Shown: piece after piece, positions 59,060 through 64,000 of the stretch | How positions within the stretch are numbered: position 1 is the stretch's first letter | Layout: each line of letters begins with the position of its first letter | Origin: Nitrososphaeraceae archaeon | Lineage (GTDB): Archaea; Thermoproteota; Nitrososphaeria; Nitrososphaerales; Nitrososphaeraceae | DNA length: 64,000 bases | Direction: 5' to 3' | NCBI GenBank assembly: GCA_044870765.1 | Contig: JBIOZG010000043.1 | Span: 1 to 64,000, forward strand | Notes under the pieces: generated by a model | Told to the model about the DNA's origin: nothing | The model's input: only the letters and a program-made list of their open reading frames with translations | Databases searched by the model: none | Made by a program: the position numbers and the translations under genes

Positions 59060-59839
59060 ATGGCTGATAATTCTGGATTTCCTTTAAAAGTTCTTGAAAA
59101 CGAAATACAAGATAAAGATAGAGACATCGTAAGAATTGATCCGGAAATAATGCGTACGCTAAACATTGCTGAGGGCGCAGTTGTTAATATCGTTGGTCCT
59201 AAAAATAGCGCCAATATTATTTGTCTTTCATTGCACCCTACTGATGAGATCAAAGATAATAAGAATAAGAATTACAATAAAAAAATCAACAAAAATACAA
59301 ATGATAAAATAATTCGAATTGATGCCAAAACAAGAGATTCTATTGGTACCAATATAGGGGATTATGTCTATATCAAGAAAATTGTTCTGGCTGAAAATGA
59401 CAACAGACCTGGGAGGAAGAACACTGAGTTAACTGATAATACTGCAAATTCCATAATAATAAATGGATCTTGTATTAATTTTGATAAAGAACGTCCAAAG
59501 ATAATGGAATTCCTGGGATCTCTTCAAAAAGAAGTACATATGGACAGTATCTATTACAAGTGTTATGCTAATGGCAAAAAAACTCTAGGATGGGATTTTT
59601 TTCATGTTGCCCTGGACTTGAGACTGGTACAAAGATTGATTGAAATACACCCTGAAATTAACAAGCAGGAAGCAGCAAGTATTGAAGAACGATTCGTGCT
59701 CTGGTTATATGCAAAATTTAGAAAAAGAAAACTGGATTATCACATGAAAGTTAGCGAAATCCCTTACGAATCGGTAACCGGATTTCGACTAAACCCAAAT
59801 GATTTCAGGAATATTGAAGATATGGAAAGTATGCGTTAA
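59060..59839 (+). CDS. Cdc48/VAT N-terminal double-psi beta-barrel domain protein without an ATPase domain
   Basis: IVRIDPEIMRTLNIAEGAVVNI and IIRIDAKTRDSIGTNIGDYVYI halves; no Walker motifs; unrecognised C-terminal domain. Confidence 0.75.
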   Translation: MADNSGFPLKVLENEIQDKDRDIVRIDPEIMRTLNIAEGAVVNIVGPKNSANIICLSLHPTDEIKDNKNKNYNKKINKNTNDKIIRIDAKTRDSIGTNIGDYVYIKKIVLAENDNRPGRKNTELTDNTANSIIINGSCINFDKERPKIMEFLGSLQKEVHMDSIYYKCYANGKKTLGWDFFHVALDLRLVQRLIEIHPEINKQEAASIEERFVLWLYAKFRKRKLDYHMKVSEIPYESVTGFRLNPNDFRNIEDMESMR

Positions 59840-59872
59840 CTTTTCCTAAACACAAAACATTACTTTTTCAAA

Positions 59873-60736
59873 ATGAAGATACCAGACGAAATTTTACATT
59901 ATCTAACCGAAACCCATAACTCGGAAATGGCATTAGTAGGTTGCCGGGCCGATGCTCCCGATGTATCTTATGACTGCTGTGAGTATGATATTGCCATATT
60001 TGGAAATAATGAGCCATACCCCCAAAATAAAATAGTAAAACTTGGAAAAGATACAATGGAATTTCAGGGGTTTCCGAAACAGAGTAATGACATTTCACAT
60101 TACAAAATGATACGAGTAATAACTGGCGATTTGTTGATTTCACCACCACGCTATTCGGAGACAGACATTAAAAGATCGTTTAAGGCGGCCGGGAAGAGGA
60201 GAATTGTTGATGCGCTGTTTAATGTATCTAAAAATAGTATCAATAAAGAAGCAGAATTAAATTCTCCATTAAACCTCAAGATAGCCGCTTACGGTCTGCT
60301 TGAAGGTATCCTACTGACATCTGAGGTAAGGCCAATGCCTATTCATGAATTAAACCAATTGCGACAGCTTGAAGTAAAAAAAGATATCATAAATGAAGCG
60401 ATTCAAACCTGTATTGAATGTCTGGGAGTAGAAAGGGCAACAAGGACAATACTAAACCGATCGTTTCGAGCTCTAAAAGAGATTCTCAAGGAAAGATATG
60501 ACGTCGAGTTATTATCATCAAAAATTGAATTTTTACTAAATCATAAACTTTTAGCTGATTGCTATTACTATATTGGAGGACTCGTATGCAGTCATCTTGA
60601 GCAAAAAGATAATTCATCTCAAATGAACTACTACAAGCTTAACAGCATAGCTTTGGACCTTACAAGTGATTATGAAAACATAAAGAAATTGTCTGCGCTG
60701 ATAAAACGCGACTGCAAAAATTTGCTGAAAAATTAA
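59873..60736 (+). CDS. Hypothetical protein, degenerate Pol-beta-like nucleotidyltransferase N-terminus plus helical C-terminus
   Basis: LVGCRA-x8-CCEYDIAIF resembles hGS-x(n)-DhDh. Confidence 0.65.
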   Translation: MKIPDEILHYLTETHNSEMALVGCRADAPDVSYDCCEYDIAIFGNNEPYPQNKIVKLGKDTMEFQGFPKQSNDISHYKMIRVITGDLLISPPRYSETDIKRSFKAAGKRRIVDALFNVSKNSINKEAELNSPLNLKIAAYGLLEGILLTSEVRPMPIHELNQLRQLEVKKDIINEAIQTCIECLGVERATRTILNRSFRALKEILKERYDVELLSSKIEFLLNHKLLADCYYYIGGLVCSHLEQKDNSSQMNYYKLNSIALDLTSDYENIKKLSALIKRDCKNLLKN

Positions 60737-60972
60737 GTGACGGGAGCAACCAATATTGGTTCAATCTCCTTTACCCTTCGTGCCCTTAACTTCGCCTTAT
60801 ATTTCAGGTTTCTTGGCTTTGTTCTCAGTCTGTATCCACAGCATGGGCACCATAATCCATCCCACTTTATGAAAATTTCGCATATCTGGCATCTTTTTTG
60901 ACCGCTAACATACCTTCCTGAACCGACGGGCTTTTGGGCTTTGTGTCGTATACATATTCCTTTACAAGTCAT
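60733..60972 (-). CDS. Small basic zinc-finger protein
   Basis: 79 aa; CKGIC, CQIC, CPCCG.RLR. Confidence 0.8.
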   Translation of the reverse strand: MTCKGICIRHKAQKPVGSGRYVSGQKRCQICEIFIKWDGLWCPCCGYRLRTKPRNLKYKAKLRARRVKEIEPILVAPVT

Positions 60973-61108
60973 CTTCCTTCCATATATAAAAAACGCCTCA
61001 ACTATATAAATATGAACATTAATTTTACAATATTTTGAAAAATGGTAATTTATTTTACTGATTTTTTACATGTTTTAGAGAAAGAAAATAAAAAAAATAA
61101 GTCTTTTT

Positions 61109-61363
61109 TTAACTGACGTTTATAGATTTTGTCTGAAAGGCTTCATTCATTGTAAGATATTCATCTAATCTCATCTTGATGTCGTCTGGTTGAGTATCAT
61201 CCATACCTGAAAATCCAGCGTTAAATGAAATCTTGTTTCCAGACACCGACACATTATCAATTTCCATGTCTGCATAGATATTGGCCAACTCATCTACCCA
61301 TGCCTTTCCTTCATCTTGGTTTATTCCGCTAGCATCTATTGTTACTTTATACATCTTTGTCAT
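61109..61363 (-). CDS. Small acidic hypothetical protein
   Basis: 84 aa; TATA-like element upstream and T-rich terminator-like tract downstream. Confidence 0.8.
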   Translation of the reverse strand: MTKMYKVTIDASGINQDEGKAWVDELANIYADMEIDNVSVSGNKISFNAGFSGMDDTQPDDIKMRLDEYLTMNEAFQTKSINVS

Positions 61364-61485
61364 TCAAATACACCTAAACAAAAGTTGGATTGGATATTAA
61401 TAAAGTTGACGCATTCTTTTTGGAAGCTTTGGATATGGATTTAAACCTTAATCGTCAATTAGTTATTCCAAACTGATTTTGTGGG

Positions 61486-61647
61486 CTAAGCTTCTTCAAT
61501 TCCCCAGTATTTTATCAATTCCTTTTCGAACTTTGAGAATTGCTCATTGTTTAAGGGGTCTCCGCAGTTTTTGTGAGATGGAACAACTTTCATTCCATAT
61601 AGCTTAAAATCAACTTCATAGAAATGAACGCCGGGACAATCACACAT
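61486..61647 (-). CDS. 53-aa Cys/His small protein
   Basis: Read manually: MCDCPGVHFYEVDFKLYGMKVVPSHKNCGDPLNNEQFSKFEKELIKYWGIEEA*; fills an otherwise empty gap. Confidence 0.65.
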   Translation of the reverse strand: MCDCPGVHFYEVDFKLYGMKVVPSHKNCGDPLNNEQFSKFEKELIKYWGIEEA

Positions 61648-61774
61648 TTGCTATTTTTGATTTGCGCATCTCTTATTAGTTTATCTAAATTATTAGACGG
61701 CTACAAAGTTACCAGCTTGATGAGGATGCACGATGCTAAAAGTTTATGAGTGCGAATCCCAATTTAACAAAACT

Positions 61775-62836
61775 ATGGGCAACTTTCAATTGTCATTAGG
61801 CAAACCAATTATTGTGTTTGTGTTATTTTCAAGCCTTTTACTAATTTCGCAATCCAGTATGAACAAGGGATTTGCACAGGCAGGAAATTTATGGTACGTC
61901 GGTGATGGAGCAAAAAATGATATGTATGTAACATACAGAGTGCAAGAACAGGATACAAATGCTGGCCGTCCGTTTGATATGACGATTTACTTTAAGGAAT
62001 TTAATGAGACTGGTAAATATTGGGTGGCTCCAACGTTTATTGTGGACCAGGGACGCGTAATTAACGGAACTCTCCACCTAAGTGATCTTGATTTAACTGC
62101 ATTGGGAACTTCTCAAATCCCTCCAGAAATGGCAAAGTACAGGAGCGGTTATTCAAGTTCATTAAAATGGCTATCAGCATTTGTATCAAAGCCCGGTCAA
62201 TCACTAACTGCACAGAATTGGGGCAAAATAGCATCAATTGGTGGCTCACCAATTACTCCGGCAGGCAAAGCTACTATTACCACACCTGCAGGAACTTTTG
62301 ATACCACCACAATTGTATTTCACAAGGGAGTTGATAATACAATTTGGATTAAGGACGGATTTCCTTATCCCATAAAGGCTCAAACTTTTGCAGATACTAC
62401 CACGGGCAATCCTCCAACCCAGTATGCGTTTGAATTGCTCGCAACAGGACAAGGACAACCAAAGCAGCCTGAAAGCAAAGAAGAGATTCCAGTACCACCA
62501 CTTGAGCAGAGGACAGAGCGTGGGAGCTATGTTATTAAGCTAATATGGGAACCTGTTACGATAAAGGCCGGTAATAATACGAAATTTGGAATTATATTCA
62601 TGGATGACAAGAAAAACGTGATAACCGAAGTTGGATATAATTTTGCCGTTGTAGATGCTAAAGGACAACTAATTTACGGAAAAGATAACCAACTTGCACC
62701 CGATGGAACTGCGGTACAAAATGTCATCTTCCAGGCACCAGGAGAAGTTACTGTAAAGGTACTGATAACAACTGCCGGATCAGGTGCACCAAGCACTTTC
62801 GTTGAATCAGGTCAGTTTGGCTTGGTTGTCCAGTAA
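61775..62836 (+). CDS. Secreted two-domain surface protein
   Basis: Signal peptide ending GFAQ; ITTPAGTFD...IWIKDGFPYPIKAQ module plus an Ig-like C-terminal domain; ATG at 61775 preferred over 61733. Confidence 0.75.
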   Translation: MGNFQLSLGKPIIVFVLFSSLLLISQSSMNKGFAQAGNLWYVGDGAKNDMYVTYRVQEQDTNAGRPFDMTIYFKEFNETGKYWVAPTFIVDQGRVINGTLHLSDLDLTALGTSQIPPEMAKYRSGYSSSLKWLSAFVSKPGQSLTAQNWGKIASIGGSPITPAGKATITTPAGTFDTTTIVFHKGVDNTIWIKDGFPYPIKAQTFADTTTGNPPTQYAFELLATGQGQPKQPESKEEIPVPPLEQRTERGSYVIKLIWEPVTIKAGNNTKFGIIFMDDKKNVITEVGYNFAVVDAKGQLIYGKDNQLAPDGTAVQNVIFQAPGEVTVKVLITTAGSGAPSTFVESGQFGLVVQ

Positions 62837-62893
62837 TCTTTTTTTCATTTTTATTTTTATTTTCAAGTCTTTTTTACAGTAGCGATAAAAGAG

Positions 62894-63601
62894 ATGAGTC
62901 CGAAAAGAATAATCTTTGTAGCTACAGGAATCTTTGCAGGAATTGGAATTTTAGTAAGCATAGTCATAATTGCAATTAACGGAGGGTTTTCGGGTGAGGG
63001 TCCTTCTATACTCAATCCCCCAACATCAAAAGACCTGTGGACACTGGGTAGTAACATAGCAGATGGAATGAATTTGACATATTCGCTAACAAGCAATACT
63101 GGAGACGATAAGGCAAATCTCATAGATTCTATAGTGTCCATGAGATTTCATAACATGGGGGATAAATGGAACATTGATTTTAAAATACAAAACGGAAGTA
63201 ACAATAACAACAATGCCAGCGAAATTCACGCAAATATTTCCAAAAATCAACTCTTGATGACGGATCCTATTACTGAAAAAGATAACAAGTTTCTTCAACC
63301 TCTTGAAGCCTCAGTACTGGCAATTCGCGACATTGCCAGAGAGCCAAAGTATCTCGTAGTTGGAGCCGTTTGGGACAAGATATTTACAGGTTCCAATACA
63401 ATAGATGCAAAAATACAAAGTAAAGATACTATCTCTACTCCTGCTGGTATGTATGATGTTTTTTCACTGCAATACAAGGTGGGAAATTCATCGAGCACTA
63501 TTTACATCAATAAGGATTTGCCCCTTCCCATAAAGGCGCAAGTATATGGCGAAAATGGCAACCTTTTGTACGATTACGAATTGCAAAGCATATCAAGATG
63601 A
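62894..63601 (+). CDS. Membrane-anchored paralog of the upstream protein's first domain
   Basis: N-terminal TM helix; ISTPAGMYD...IYINKDLPLPIKAQ...YEL. Confidence 0.75.
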   Translation: MSPKRIIFVATGIFAGIGILVSIVIIAINGGFSGEGPSILNPPTSKDLWTLGSNIADGMNLTYSLTSNTGDDKANLIDSIVSMRFHNMGDKWNIDFKIQNGSNNNNNASEIHANISKNQLLMTDPITEKDNKFLQPLEASVLAIRDIAREPKYLVVGAVWDKIFTGSNTIDAKIQSKDTISTPAGMYDVFSLQYKVGNSSSTIYINKDLPLPIKAQVYGENGNLLYDYELQSISR

Positions 63602-63667
63602 ATCTAAATTGAATTTCAATCAATGTCAGATAACAATTTATTATGCTAGCGTAGTGACCATTACCAA

Positions 63668-64000
63668 ATGATTGAAACGCTAAAAACTGCATGTCTGGAG
63701 GTTAGAAAAACTGTCAAAGGCCTAGTTGGAACACCTGAAGGTAACACTAAAATGGGTCAGGGAGCTGGAGGAGATATTTCAAGAAAAATAGACATAGTAG
63801 CTGAACAAAAAGTTATAGAGACTATAAGAAAGTCTGGTACAAATCCCACAATAATTGGTGAAGAATGTGGTACCATTCCAGGTAACGATCAGGGATACAT
63901 AATTATGGATGCAATTGATGGAACAACTAACGTTACCAGATCCATTCCATTTAATTGCTGCTCTCTAGCCTATGCCACTGATTTAAAGCTGAGCTCTGTA
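63668..64000 (+). CDS. Inositol monophosphatase / FBPase family protein (5' part, runs off the window)
   Basis: Read manually: MIETLK...GAGGDISRKIDIVAE...IIGEECG...IMDAIDGTTN. Confidence 0.9.
   Translation, partial: MIETLKTACLEVRKTVKGLVGTPEGNTKMGQGAGGDISRKIDIVAEQKVIETIRKSGTNPTIIGEECGTIPGNDQGYIIMDAIDGTTNVTRSIPFNCCSLAYATDLKLSSV

Noticed and set aside
1-64000. CRISPR arrays, rRNA, IS transposases, inteins in PolB or Cdc6
   Set aside because: No regularly spaced repeats, long GC-rich structural RNA, transposase motifs or intein-sized insertions were seen.

Overview
Chromosomal window from an AT-rich ammonia-oxidising archaeon. The soil Nitrososphaeraceae / Thaumarchaeota assignment is inferred from amoC, Cdc6/Orc1, rps26e, aIF2-beta, archaeal ThrRS and PolB1. 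Most of the window is core housekeeping: split metH, trpCBA, cdc6, pyrG, hisGDC-HAD-BHAF, class II HMG-CoA reductase, thrS, polB, tatC, pyrH and tmk. Accessory patches are: (i) a regulator and microprotein region at 6.1-11.8 kb, ending in a ~1.3 kb decayed integrative element bounded by tRNA-Arg(GCG) and a 19-bp copy of its 3' end; (ii) a luciferase-like monooxygenase with a frameshifted haloperoxidase-type hydrolase between trpC and cdc6; (iii) a four-gene glycan locus between hisF and thrS (HasA/Cps3S/Cps1-like processive GT2, divergent UDP-sugar dehydrogenase with an apparent ACG start, secreted GH5, poly-Q ArnT/PMT-type glycosyltransferase), the best candidate here for an undescribed archaeal synthase-dependent uronic-acid capsule system; (iv) a solo amoC followed by an ATPase-less Cdc48 N-domain protein. 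A tRNA-Ser(TGA) with two introns and several sub-60-aa ORFs missing from the ORF track were read directly from the sequence. All protein calls rest on motif recognition; no database search was run.
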